Origin: Octopus bimaculoides
Taxonomy: Eukaryota
Length of the DNA: 48,559 nucleotides
NCBI RefSeq assembly: GCF_001194135.2
Contig: NC_068982.1
Span: forward strand, 31,654,477 to 31,703,035
Direction of reading: 5' to 3'
Part shown: positions 1-12,339 of the stretch, one piece after another
Layout: each line of letters begins with the position of its first letter
Position numbering within the stretch: the stretch's first letter is position 1
Notes under the pieces: model-generated
The model's input: only the letters and a program-made list of their open reading frames with translations
Databases searched by the model: none
Told to the model about the DNA's origin: nothing
Program-made: the position numbers and the translations under genes

Positions 1-93
<93 letters not shown>

Positions 94-178
94 ATTTGTA
101 TATATATATGTAAATTTATATATGTATATGTATATATGTATACATATATGTATATATGTATATATGTGTGTGTGTATA
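1..178. repeat. Compound (TA)n/(TG)n microsatellite
   Basis: Directly visible TA and TG dinucleotide runs. Confidence 0.95.
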
Positions 179-578
179 GCAACCTATATCTTTTCGAAAC
201 AGCCGTAAGATTTTATAAATAAATGTTTACATGTTTTAGTGTCTTTATGAATCATTTTACATTCGCTTTGTATCTTCCTCTTCATTGATTTAGATTCGAA
301 CATTCGAAATTCGCAAGTACGTTTATGGACTTATGTTTTTATATATTTATATTTATTAATTTTTATGTCTATGAATTTTTACATATTTATAAATTTTTGT
401 GTATATGCATGTATTTATAAATTCATAGAAATATTTGATATATCATATAGATAAATGCATCAATGTATGTATATTGTATACCATGGAGAATTTCGTTAAT
501 ATGGATTGCTATGGATTGAATGAATATATACATCGACCTTTGAATTTGTCTTCTCTCCTTAATTTTATATATACATTT

Positions 579-613
579 ATATATATATATGTATATGTGT
601 GTGTGGGTGTGTA

Positions 614-655
<42 letters not shown>

Positions 656-759
656 NNNNNNNNNNNNNNNNNNNNNNNNNNNNNNNNNNNNNNNNNNNNN
701 NNNNNNNNNNNNNNNNNNNNNNNTATATATATATATGTATATGTGTGTGTGGGTGTGTA

Positions 760-797
<38 letters not shown>
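579..797. other. Same sequence on both sides of an N gap (probable unmerged contig overlap)
   Basis: gtatatgtgtgtgtgggtgtgtattattta(ta)n cac occurs at about 591-655 and again at about 737-797, either side of the 656-723 gap. Confidence 0.8.
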
Positions 798-798
<1 letters not shown>

Positions 799-887
799 AA
801 AACGCGCATGCGCGCACACACATGCACACACACACACGCACCCACGCGCGCACCCTCCCTCTCTCTCTCTATATATATATATATATA

Positions 888-1241
888 TGAGACAAAATGT
901 ACGTACGCCGCTATATATATAGTACAAAATGTGATAAGAACGCAGAACATCCAAAGAGTTAGGTGATACAAGAAAGGGACAACAAAACATCCACATAGAT
1001 GATACAAAGAAAAACTAGGACAGGTCATTCGGAATTTTCTTTCATTAGTCAAGATCCAGATTATCTTTGCAATTTCGGCTGCTATTCTCGATATTGCTCC
1101 AATCTGGCCAGAGAGAGGTAGAGGTAGAGGTAGAGGGACAAAAGAATTTGCGTTCTTGTCCCATTTTGTACTATTCATATATACATATATATATATATGC
1201 ATACATATATATATATAGCGGCGTACGTACACTTTGTCTCA
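888..1241. mobile_element. Non-autonomous fold-back element with long terminal inverted repeats, TA-flanked
   Basis: 888-944 (tgagacaaaatgtacgtacgccgc-(ta)n-tagtacaaaatgtgataagaacgca) is the reverse complement of 1149-1241, with few mismatches and a longer TA-rich spacer in the right arm. TA on both flanks; no ORF. Confidence 0.8.
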
Positions 1242-1639
1242 TATGTAAGTATACATTTTTCTAAATCTTGTACGACTCTATTTCTGTCTATCAGGCCTTT
1301 CACCTTTATTCGTTCATTTCACTCTTCGTTCTTTCGTTCCCCCTCGCTCGCATTTCCTTGCATCCTCTTCTTACTCACTTTCCCTCCACTTTTCACTTCA
1401 CTGTGTCCCTGTCATATTTTCTCGCTCCTCCTTATTTTTTTTGTCCCTCTGCTCCTGGATTTTTCTCTGCATGAGCATTTATTATATATATCTGTGTATA
1501 TTGCAGTTCTGACTTAATTTTCCGACGTTGTTACCATGTTAGTTATATCATTAACATTTCTCCTATCACAATTTGTATGTATTTGCTGCTTTCCGTTGCT
1601 ATTGACATTGCCTTCGTTGGCATTTAGATGCGTATGTTT

Positions 1640-2225
1640 GCTAGAACCAGTAGGCGTTTATTGAACTGTTGCTGCTTTTTACTATTGTTTATGTGATGCA
1701 TATGCTGCTCTAAATTAGCAGAGTTAGCGTATGATACTTTCACCGTGTGTCGATTAAAAATAGCATGGTATCCATAAGGTTTCGGAAACTATTTGTCTAA
1801 AGCGGCAAAAATTTTCCCGCGGTCTTGGTCGAAATATGCGAACTGAAAATTGGGTTGAACCACAGGACATCATGATTCCTATATATTTTTGGGGGGCTTA
1901 TTTGATCTAGTGTGTTGTACAGGATTGGAAGGATTAACTGTATTCGGATTATTGTGTCGTAAGTGTCTATGAATTTTCGTTGGTAGCTCATTGTTTTGAA
2001 TCAGAATTTCTCATACTATAAATAAGGGATTTGTTGAGGACGATCGGGTTAATAGCGGCGTAATAACAATAACTTGTTGCAAGAATTTACTATTCTTGTT
2101 AATTTCTAGAAGCTTAAACCATCCAACTACCTCTTGGGTATCTGACCAGAGGGCTGATCTAATTTTGGACTTACGAGTGGGTTGTACATTATCAATGATT
2201 TGATATTTAACTTTGTGCAAAATGA
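1640..2225 (-). mobile_element. Penelope-like element relic, internally deleted
   Basis: Minus-strand translation gives LWSDTQEVVGWFK and a frameshifted FLQ..IV/YYAAINPIVLNKSL (start of the PLE RT), then VLWFNPIFSSHISTKTAGKFL and FNRHTVKVSY (PLE post-RT motifs WFNP and FNRNTVKVSY). Confidence 0.8.
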
Positions 2226-3269
2226 TTATGCGACTAACTGTTAACTAAAATTTTCTTTCTTTGATTTCCGTTTGAGTTTTATTGCAATAAATGTTACACA
2301 CGTTTTTCACCCACTTAAATATGAATATATATTATATTTGGAATGAATACTATATTGCTGTTTGTCGTTTGTTTCATCATACGCTGAGAGAAAAAAAAAT
2401 AGCTATATCATCATCAGTACATATGTCACTGAAGGTTTAAATATCGAGATAGACATATTTTCTCCAATGAATTTCAATGGTGATATGTTGTTTTCTTGCA
2501 TCATTGCATCTTCGAAAAAAAGTCAACTAACATTTATTTCCTTTACCTGAAAATCGAATATAATTATAATTTGTCATTTCAAAGGTATTCAAACGAGAAA
2601 AAAAATCACTTTATCAAATTATTGCATGGTTATGAATTTGGTTTCTCTCAAAATAATTACTTGTATAATTGAAGATGATGCCAGATTATTTTTATGTGTA
2701 TATTTCATGTTCTTTTGGTTGCTGTGACCGGAAGAAACCATAATTATCTTTTGTTTTTATGTTGTACAACTCAGTCTATGGTGATATATATCTCATGTCT
2801 ATTGATTCTATTAGCACAAATTTATGATACCCGATCAAAGTAGTTAGATTTTCTAAAATAGCGTATAATTTCCCAAACTCCGATAGAAGAATTCGCCTGC
2901 AAATTTGTAGTTTAGGTGGAGGGATGATCATACTATCATTCCCATATCATACTAAAATCTTCATACCATTCATACCATACTAGAATCCTTCAGATGTGAC
3001 CATGAACAAATTATATAACTTTCCTTGGTCAAAATTTATGTACCTTTATAATAGTTGAAAGTTTCGCATTACATATATTACTTGTCTAAAAAACAACTAC
3101 TTCGACAGTGCCAAACTGCAACATAGTCATAACAAAATCGTTCTAAACGTTGGTATATTTTATTCAGATCAACATAAACAAGTACATTCTGTATATTTAC
3201 ACATGTAATACTAAATATGATTACAAGCAATCAACAGTTTTATTATCATGATATATATGGGTATGTGAT

Positions 3270-3320
<51 letters not shown>
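3270..3320. repeat. (GATA)n microsatellite
   Basis: Perfect tetranucleotide run. Confidence 0.95.
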
Positions 3321-3948
3321 GAAAGGTTAATTTATAATTAAGGGTACAACACACACAAACACACACACACTTACACACAGAGAGACATATACGCACTCAT
3401 GTATATACATGCACGCACACATATATGTATATACATACTTACATGCATGTGTGTGTATATGTGTGTGAGAGTAATATTCTTTATCAAAGTAATAAATGAA
3501 TCAGCTATTTACTTAGAACTATTAATTTACTTAAATTATGACTAACTTATCCAGAAAATGCCGCCTCGTATATGATAAAGTAATTACATCCCTCAATCTG
3601 CAAAATTCAAACTGTACGAAAATATTGAACTTGCTTCAAATATTTCATTTTCTTTCAATTTCTTGTGGCAAAAGCGAAAAGAAACGGGGTGTATACTGCA
3701 AAGACTACTATGATTCTTCAGTATATATGCTGTATTCGAGTTAAAGTTGCGTAAGACAGCACAGAAAATATGAATTAATTAATTATACTAAAAAATACAA
3801 CTCAGTGTTTAGATGCACATGATCTCCTTAGGGATTATAACTCCCAACACTATTTTAGACCAAGATTAGATATACCTTCATATCTAGAGCTAATTAAATT
3901 TGCATCCTTTAGGGTATATTGTATAAATATGCATTAATTCACATAGTC

Positions 3949-3984
<36 letters not shown>

Positions 3985-4401
3985 GGGGGAGGGGGCATGT
4001 GTTTTTATATGCATATATATACAATTACATATAAACGTGTATAAACATATCATAAATGTATTGATGTATATATGTGTGTAAGCATATCATCTTGATATTG
4101 GCTCGTATATCAGCGTAATAACACATACACATATATTCAGGAAATGAATCGCATCTGCCTTACTATTGTACACTCATTTATTTTTAGTTACGTCATAATT
4201 TTATTCTTTTAAATAATCATATTTTTCATAAAATTTTCTTTTTACAACTCAGGCAGTATTAACGTACATTTACTATTCTATACCACACACACATAAATAT
4301 ATATACCTGTGCATGTCTATGTGTGCGTGTGTGCACGCGCGCATGTGTATTTGCGTGAGAAGAGAAGCAAATCTAAATACCTACGTAATACACATGTACA
4401 T

Positions 4402-4485
<84 letters not shown>

Positions 4486-6277
4486 ATATTCATATATAAA
4501 TAAATGTGTATATATANNNNNNNNNNNNNNNNNNNNNNNNNNNNNNNNNNNNNNNNNNNNNNNNNNNNNNNNNNNNNNNNNNNNNNNNNNNNNNNNNNNN
4601 NNNNNNNNNNNNNNNNNNNNNNNNNNATATATATATATATATATATATCCTTATCTATATATTGATACATGTATATATTCATGAATTAATATTTACATCT
4701 GTATATAAATATATACACATAGCATACACACATATAAAGACACACTCACACAAACGAACGCACAAACACACACAAACACACACACACGCAAACACATGCA
4801 CGCATACACTCACACATTGCTAAAATCATGTCTATATGGCTGTACCTTGTAAATGCTGAAGTAATTTTAATTTGTAATAATTTATTTTGATGCATAGAAA
4901 TACCGAACAAAAGCTTCGTGTGTACTCAATAACGGTTTAAGTAATATTCAGTTGTAGAGAAATGGTTATTCATCTGGAGAGAATTATAACTTCATTAAGT
5001 GTATAATTATCTTGTTAGAAGTAGGTAGTTTATAATTTCACATCAATAATCTTACGCTTCATTGTCGTTTGCCATTGAATTATCCAAATTAATGTACATA
5101 GATTGAAGTACTAGTTCATTTAAGTTAATATTTAAAGTATTTATGATTGTGAAAAATAGATGGCCGTGCCAATACAGTAATTTTCATGGTCATGATAAAT
5201 GATACGGTAATTTCTTTAGATGAAATGCCTGAGATGCTTGCTACTTCAAATATAACTGAATAAAAGTATAAAGAAGCATAGAACTGGTTACAATATAACT
5301 TGTATATATTTAAATATGAGGTTTGGGTTGTTAGAAGAGGATAGATCGTAAGAAAAAGAAAATAAGACGTGCAGATAGTCTCTTACAACTGTTTCAAGAA
5401 TAGATGAGCAGATAGTGCATTTCCAAGCTGATGAACTGTAGTTATCAACACAGTAGCGATGAATTTGATCATCGGAGAGAGAATGAGTAGAATGAAGTAG
5501 ATTATTAGTAGAGCTTAATCTACTACTAGTTTGAAGTATAGAAGAACGTTTAACGGAATCTAGTTGGGCAAAATAAGGTCATAATGATATGAGGATAGAC
5601 AGAAACTATATAGTATAATACGACCTGGTCTTTCATTGATACTGCTATTTCATTGATACTGCTATTTCATATACTGCGATCATGCTTTGTGTTGGTTATA
5701 CACATCTTATACACATCTTATTACATGACTCACTGGAATTGTTCTGTGCTGCTTATGCTTAAAAGAATCTATAAAGATCTTATTACATAACTCACTGCAA
5801 TTATTAAACAGGCAAAATGAATCGTTCGCCATTTTTGTTCACAAATTCTTCAAAAATTTCCGATTTTTCACAAATCGAAATGTAGTGCAATGAACTGCTC
5901 AACAAAATTCTCGCCCACATAAAGATGTACTTCATATGCAAATTCTTTCACCAATCATTTTTGTATATGTTTATATATGTGTTATTCGTTTGTAGATCTC
6001 TACAGGTTATATATATATGTTTGCACACATATACTGCATTCGTATGTGTAGAGAAAATTCATCATATTTATGAATTTGTTTTTATTGCTTATATAAGTAA
6101 CAATACAAGGTGAAGTGCCGGCGTATTCGCCTTCGAACCTGCCGAAACACAATAAAAATAAATGCGAATGTCATTGTTCTATTATTTCTCGAAGATTTCT
6201 CTTAGGTATAGAGATACTGATAACCTGGTGTTTCCAGTCTCCTTTTCATTTATTTAGTCTCCAATATGCATATATAT

Positions 6278-6279
6278 AG

Positions 6280-6312
<33 letters not shown>

Positions 6313-6347
6313 TACAGGCAGGCAGGCAGGCAGACAGACAGACAGAC

Positions 6348-6395
<48 letters not shown>
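6278..6395. repeat. Compound (GATA)/(GACA)/(GGCA) microsatellite
   Basis: Blocks in the order GATA-GACA-GGCA-GACA-GATA. Confidence 0.95.
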
Positions 6396-7159
6396 GCATA
6401 TATACATATATACATTCATATGTGTGTCCATAATTATACTTACATATACAGGTGTTCTGTAGAGGAAGTGAATATTCAACAGTCTCAGAAATTACTTTTT
6501 TTTATCTACAATGTACATTTGAAACCACATCTTTACCCTTCCAAAAACGAATAGTGCCTAATTCACACTCTCTGACATTAAAATTTATGCTGAGGAGGGG
6601 GATGTGATTAGCACAAGCGTTACAGAAATAAATAACCGCCTGGAAATTAAGTATATTTAATATAGGCATGTGATGGACTTTTACATCGTTTTCTTTTCTT
6701 TTCTGGTCCATTTTATCTTATCTTATCTTTGCGGTGAATGTTTGTTGTTGGGTTACATTAGCTCTACATAAAATAAGCAATTTTTAGTCCATATACCCAC
6801 ATTTATTATACAAATATCTTACACTTGAATAAATAATTAAAGTTTCGAAACAATCGAATCTATAAACCAGCTATAAATTAAAAAATATATTCGAATAAAT
6901 ATTTCCAATTGTCTTCTTGAGTCAATATATCAACGCTTATTAGACTATGATAGTTCTCTTAAATGCGTATTCAAATTTGAAAATAATTCACAAACTCACA
7001 AATATAACGAAGCTAAAACAGCATTGTTTTTTGAAACAGTAATCGGCTTTCTTTGCAAATATATAAACTGTCGAATATTTCCTCCTTCCAACAAACGTGT
7101 CATATGCACAAATATAGATAAACAGATAAATAAATAAATAAATACACACCAACTCATAT

Positions 7160-7225
7160 ATATTCTTTTATTCTTTTAATCCTCTCAGTCATTTGACTAC
7201 GGCCATGCTGGGGCACCGCTTTTTA
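7160..7225 (-). mobile_element. SINE family B, 3' end fragment
   Basis: cagtcatttgactacggccatgctggggcaccgc resembles the start of the 7994-8140 copy and 24743-24785; recalled as the 3' end of an octopus tRNA-derived SINE. Confidence 0.7.
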
Positions 7226-7993
7226 GTGTATATAAATATATATACCAGTGGAAAACGTGCTTTTTCGTGCTCTTGAAATAACCAGAAAAACAACACAAAA
7301 ATAACACAACTAATTTTTTATTCTGTATATTTCTCATTTTGTCTAGAGAACATTATTTTACTTTATAGTTTGGTCGTTGATGACTTCTTTCTAGCATATT
7401 GGATGTCCCCCATAGTGGTTATCCCTTATACANNNNNNNNNNNNNNNNNNNNNNNNNNNNNNNNNNNNNNNNNATATATATGACCATGTGATTAGGATGT
7501 ATTATGTTCACCAACTGAATAGGTTATGTATATATACAAAAAGTAATAGAGTATTGTAATGCATTTTATGTTATATTATATAGTGAAATAATGTTGGAAA
7601 GGATGATTATAAAAATTTTGAAAAAGTGTATTTATGTGCATGCTAACATTAGCAACCTTTTCTGGTTTATCATTTAAGAGACTGTGCTTATAGAATAGGA
7701 TATGGTACGATTCATCTTGGCAGAGCAAACATGTCTTGGCTGGTGGTTTATAGGGTAGAGCATTATTTAGAACTTCCCATCTAATTGTGTAGGTTTTATT
7801 ACTGTCTTTAAATTTCCAGATAAATTTTCTAAGCTCAGTGCTGTTACATTTATTAATATTTCGAAATGAGGTACCATGGTCCGTGGTACGATATTTCACG
7901 TAAAACGCTGTGGCTCCAAGATAATAGAACTGTTTCCCTTCAGATTCAACTGTGGCTTGATATACTAGGTTTTTGCGTTTACAATAATTCGCT

Positions 7994-8140
7994 TTTACTC
8001 TTTAACCTTTTAACTTGTTTCAATAATTTGACTGTGGGAATGCTGGAGCACGCCCTTTAGTCGAGCAAACCGACCCAGGACTTATTCTTAGGAAGCCTAG
8101 TACTTATTCTATCAGTCTTTTTTGCCGAACCGCTAAGTTA
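7994..8140 (-). mobile_element. SINE family B fragment inserted into the PLE ORF
   Basis: tttactcttt..atgctggagcacgccctttagtcgagcaaaccgacccaggacttattct..tttgccgaaccgctaagtta interrupts the PLE frame between CDCRIKANY and ANYCKRKNLVY. Confidence 0.85.
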
Positions 8141-8489
8141 ATTGTTAAATTTATAATTTGCCTTAATTCTACAGTCACATAAAGTATTTAGATCATTATT
8201 GCCTGTGTCGGTATTAGCGCTCCTGTTTCGTCTAGGTATATTAGAATCAGATTTAGTAGCATTTGTGTTCCTTTTTGGAGGGGGAATGCTTCTATTTTTA
8301 TAATACTCATCAAGTTTAATATTATTTGAAGATGATATATGTCTAAATAAGTTTTTAGTTATAGAAAATCCGATCCTTATTGAATTATTATTAATCATGG
8401 TACAATATTTACTAGAAGTGAAATGTTTATCCATTATGAAACTGATTACTTTGATAAGGTTTGTCTTTATTTCTCTGCCTTCATAAAGA

Positions 8490-8507
8490 TTCTTCTTCTT
8501 CTTCTTC

Positions 8508-8571
<64 letters not shown>

Positions 8572-8572
8572 C
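8490..8572. repeat. (TTC)n(TTA)n microsatellite inside the PLE ORF
   Basis: Reads as poly-Asn then poly-Lys on the minus strand. Confidence 0.95.
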
Positions 8573-10157
8573 AAAACTATTTGAATGATTGTTTTTATTT
8601 TTATTATTATGCTTATCAATTCTAAGAATAAGCTCATTATTATCTATAGACAGTTTATCATTTATTTTGTTGACTGTCTGGTGGTTAGCATTATTTTCAA
8701 ATTTAATTTTATGTGTGTACCCTGCCTTATCTAATGAGTTATAATAGTTCTTCTTAATATTAAATATCTCTTTGTTAGATGAGAGGTAAGTAATTCTGCG
8801 TTGAACATTTTAAAGGAAACATTTATTGTCTTGGGATGATTACTATCATAATTTCTATATGTTAACTTTGAATTAGGTTTGTGATATGGTGCATGGTTGT
8901 TTGTAAGTAGGTTAAGGTTGACATCTAAAAAGTTTACGGAACTATGCTCATTTTCTACAGAAATTTTCAGGCCAAACGTATTAAAGAACCTATGAAATTT
9001 CTTGTACTTTTCTAATTTTTTGTTACTCATAGTTTTAATTATAAACAATGCATTGTCCCTATATAATCGTCTGGCTATATCTGGAAATTCATAATGAAAA
9101 TTGTACAGAATATAAATTCCTACAATATCAGTGACCTCTGCTGATCTAGTCGATCCCATAGGTATATCAAAGTAATGGGGTGCGAAATGATCAATTTTTA
9201 ATGATCAATTTTTAATCAAATGATCTACCCGTCCTAATAAGTTGCTGTTTATATTTGAAAATTTTTAAACATAGTCCTCAAATAAGTTATTTCGTTATAC
9301 AAGACCGGAAAATATATTTATTTTTCCCTGAAAATACCCCGTAGTATATGGTTTATTACATCCATAACAGTTCGAAAGTTGATAATTTAAATATACTGTC
9401 GGATTAAAACATGTTTAGGATATTTTCTGATATCTGTTGGTCGTTCTGTCGATCCGGTTCCTTTTATACTTATTCTTATAGGTATCTCTTTTACTTTGCA
9501 TTAAAATTTCTATTGCGATACAAATAAAATGAACCAAACATTTATTATATTTCTTCTTCTCAATTTTCCTTCATTAACTTTATAATTTACGAGACTGTAT
9601 TGACGAACTTTCTTTCAATATATTTGACAAAGCCAAATTCCTCAAATTCCTCAAATTGTATATAACAGATATAAGTTTAGTGGAGTTAGAGGTTGGAATA
9701 ACTGTCTAAGGGATAAACATATCCGTTTTACTTATGTTAAAAGTTTTTTTTATGTACATAGGATACAGGCAATGACAAAGATGAAATAAAATTTAAAGTA
9801 AGCAAAAAATGGAGAAATATTGATCAACAACAACTGACTAACATCTATTATTACTTTTTAATACAAAGATTTTATCCCATCGAACAGCCATTTCTTTGTT
9901 CCAATGTTTGACGGTGTTGCCATTAAAATTCTGAGAATAATATTCGTCATATTTTGTAACACTTCCCATCTGGAACATGCAGCTTAATCTGAGTGAAGAA
10001 AAATACATTAAAGTAAAGAAAAGAAGAGAAGAGCCTCGAGAAGTAGAAAGTCTTAATATATTTAAATCATACAATTTTGCAATGTGATGCTTCAGGTTAT
10101 TGAGTGAGTGACTAAACTAGTTTTAGTCATTCACTCAACGTCTTAAATATATATATA

Positions 10158-10767
10158 TATTAAAAGTCAGAGTACAATATGCACCCGTTTGCTAGAAAGG
10201 ACACTTAAAACTTTCCAAAGCCATGCATCTCCCACTGCATGCAAACAAGCACGGAGAATGTAGCAAATACACTAAAAAAACAGTCGTCCCCATTTGTAAA
10301 ACTACAAAGAGTAGGGTAGATATCACATTATCAACTGATTTCGCTTTCTGTGTCGAATTAACTCTTAAAGTTCATCAGTTACGCTTACTACGTAGATAAT
10401 TCTTGAAAACTTTTTTTACCATTCCGCGAGCGTCTGTTCTCCTGAAGAACTCCCGACTTCCAAGCGAACATTAGCGAGCAAGTATAAATTCAAAATTCAA
10501 ATAAGTTATCATTATCTTTGAAAATATAATGATAAAGTGGCCAGCAAGCAACTTTTTTTAAGGATATTTGCTACATTCTCCTTGTTTGTTTGCATGTAGT
10601 GGGAGATGGGTGCCTTTCGAGAGTGTTAACTGTTCTTTCTAGCAAAAGCGTGCATATTGTACTCTGGCTTTTAATACATATATTGCCTATTTTGATTATG
10701 TTTGCTGGCCACTTTATCATTATTATTTTCTAAAATAATGATAATCTATTTGAATTTTGAATTTATA
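10158..10767. mobile_element. (TA)n-flanked fold-back element with two interleaved inverted-repeat pairs
   Basis: A 10158-10280 is the reverse complement of A' 10553-10676; B 10483-10550 is the reverse complement of B' 10699-10767. (TA)n on both flanks. Confidence 0.8.
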
Positions 10768-10793
10768 TATATATATAATTTATATATATATAT

Positions 10794-11100
10794 AATTGAC
10801 AATTAATAATCAATTTCCTTAATAAATTGATAATCCTTTAACCTTTTAATTTGTAATAATTATTCACTCCAGATTAGTATACGCAGATTTCTCTGCGATA
10901 TCACTTGTTGCGCACATGGTAATTTCTTGAGGAGGGGACAGTTAGACTAGCTGACCGAGGTGAATTCGGTTATGCTTTCTGATCTGTGTCGGTGTGGAAT
11001 TACCAGTCCATGCTTGCAGGGTTTGCTAGCATAGTCAAATTTACTACTGGAATACAGTACTGATGAAGGAAATTGATTATTAATTGTTAATTATTAATCA
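10794..11100. mobile_element. (TA)n-flanked fold-back element, truncated by the gap
   Basis: 10794-10820 aattgacaattaataatcaatttcctt is the reverse complement (26/27) of 11066-11092; CTGATGA at 11060-11066 is followed by a 12-bp hairpin. Confidence 0.65.
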
Positions 11101-12339
11101 TAATCTTGANNNNNNNNNNNNNNNNNNNNNNNNNNNNNNNNNNNNNNNNNNNNNNNNNNNNNNNNNNNNNNNNNNNNNNNNNNNNNNNNNNNNNNNNNNN
11201 NNNNNNNNNNNNNNNNNNNNNNNNNNNNNNNNNNNNNNNNNNNNNNNNNNNNNNNNNNNNNNNNNNNNNNNNNNNNNNNNNNNNNNNNNNNNNNNNNNNN
11301 NNNNNNNNNNNNNNNNNNNNNNNNNNNNNNNNNNNNNNNNNNNNNNNNNNNNNNNNNNNNNNNNNNNNNNNNNNNNNNNNNNNNNNNNNNNNNNNNNNNN
11401 NNNNNNNNNNNNNNNNNNNNNNNNNNNNNNNNNNNNNNNNNNNNNNNNNNNNNNNNNNNNNNNNNNNNNNNNNNNNNNNNNNNNNNNNNNNNNNNNNNNN
11501 NNNNNNNNNNNNNNNNNNNNNNNNNNNNNNNNNNNNNNNNNNNNNNNNNNNNNNNNNNNNNNNNNNNNNNNNNNNNNNNNNNNNNNNNNNNNNNNNNNNN
11601 NNNNNNNNNNNNNNNNNNNNNNNNNNNNNNNNNNNNNNNNNNNNNNNNNNNNNNNNNNNNNNNNNNNNNNNNNNNNNNNNNNNNNNNNNNNNNNNNNNNN
11701 NNNNNNNNNNNNNNNNNNNNNNNNNNNNNNNNNNNNNNNNNNNNNNNNNNNNNNNNNNNNNNNNNNNNNNNNNNNNNNNNNNNNNNNNNNNNNNNNNNNN
11801 NNNNNNNNNNNNNNNNNNNNNNNNNNNNNNNNNNNNNNNNNNNNNNNNNNNNNNNNNNNNNNNNNNNNNNNNNNNNNNNNNNNNNNNNNNNNNNNNNNNN
11901 NNNNNNNNNNNNNNNNNNNNNNNNNNNNNNNNNNNNNNNNNNNNNNNNNNNNNNNNNNNNNNNNNNNNNNNNNNNNNNNNNNNNNNNNNNNNNNNNNNNN
12001 NNNNNNNNNNNNNNNNNNNNNNNNNNNNNNNNNNNNNNNNNNNNNNTATATATATACAAAATTTGCACCCTTCTGGATACTTTTCAGTTTCTCGTGGTAT
12101 GCAGACTTTGTGTGTCTATCCCACGCTTTCCCTGACGCGTCACACTCTCATCACCAGTTCGCACAACGTTGGACGGATACTACAATATTTTTTTCGGGCA
12201 GGCCCCTATACCTAAGGCCTGAACACATACTGCGCGAAGAACGATGCCGTATGAACGCTTTTATTGCCTATAACAATATTGCAGTTTTTGGACGTCTTAT
12301 TTGCACCAGTCAGGTATTTGTTAGTTTTCTCATACCTAC

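Larger units (their letters stand above)
7576..9200 (-). pseudogene. Penelope-like element RT + GIY-YIG endonuclease ORF, degenerate
   Basis: FDIPMGSTRSAEV, LYRDNAL, NFLDVNLNL, SNHP (RT C-terminal half); MDKHF; NLVYQATV..YYLGAT (GIY-YIG); STELRKFIWKFK..IRWEVL..CLLC..E..IL..LLN (typical PLE C-terminus). Weaker similarity may extend to about 9700. Confidence 0.9.

Noticed and set aside
435-1232. Overlapping ORFs rich in YI/HT/CV repeats and X (same pattern at 4.3, 11.1, 14.1, 17.2, 22, 23.7, 35.2 and 45 kb)
   Set aside because: Translations of dinucleotide microsatellites and N gaps, not genes.
5632-5805. Short direct repeats (17, 11 and about 26 bp) as a CRISPR-like array
   Set aside because: Different units, two copies each, no regular spacers; ordinary slippage duplications in a eukaryotic genome.
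9762-9797. 36-nt exon candidate (DTGNDKDEIKFK) with good acceptor and gtaagc donor
   Set aside because: Too short and isolated to separate from chance; no partner exon identified.
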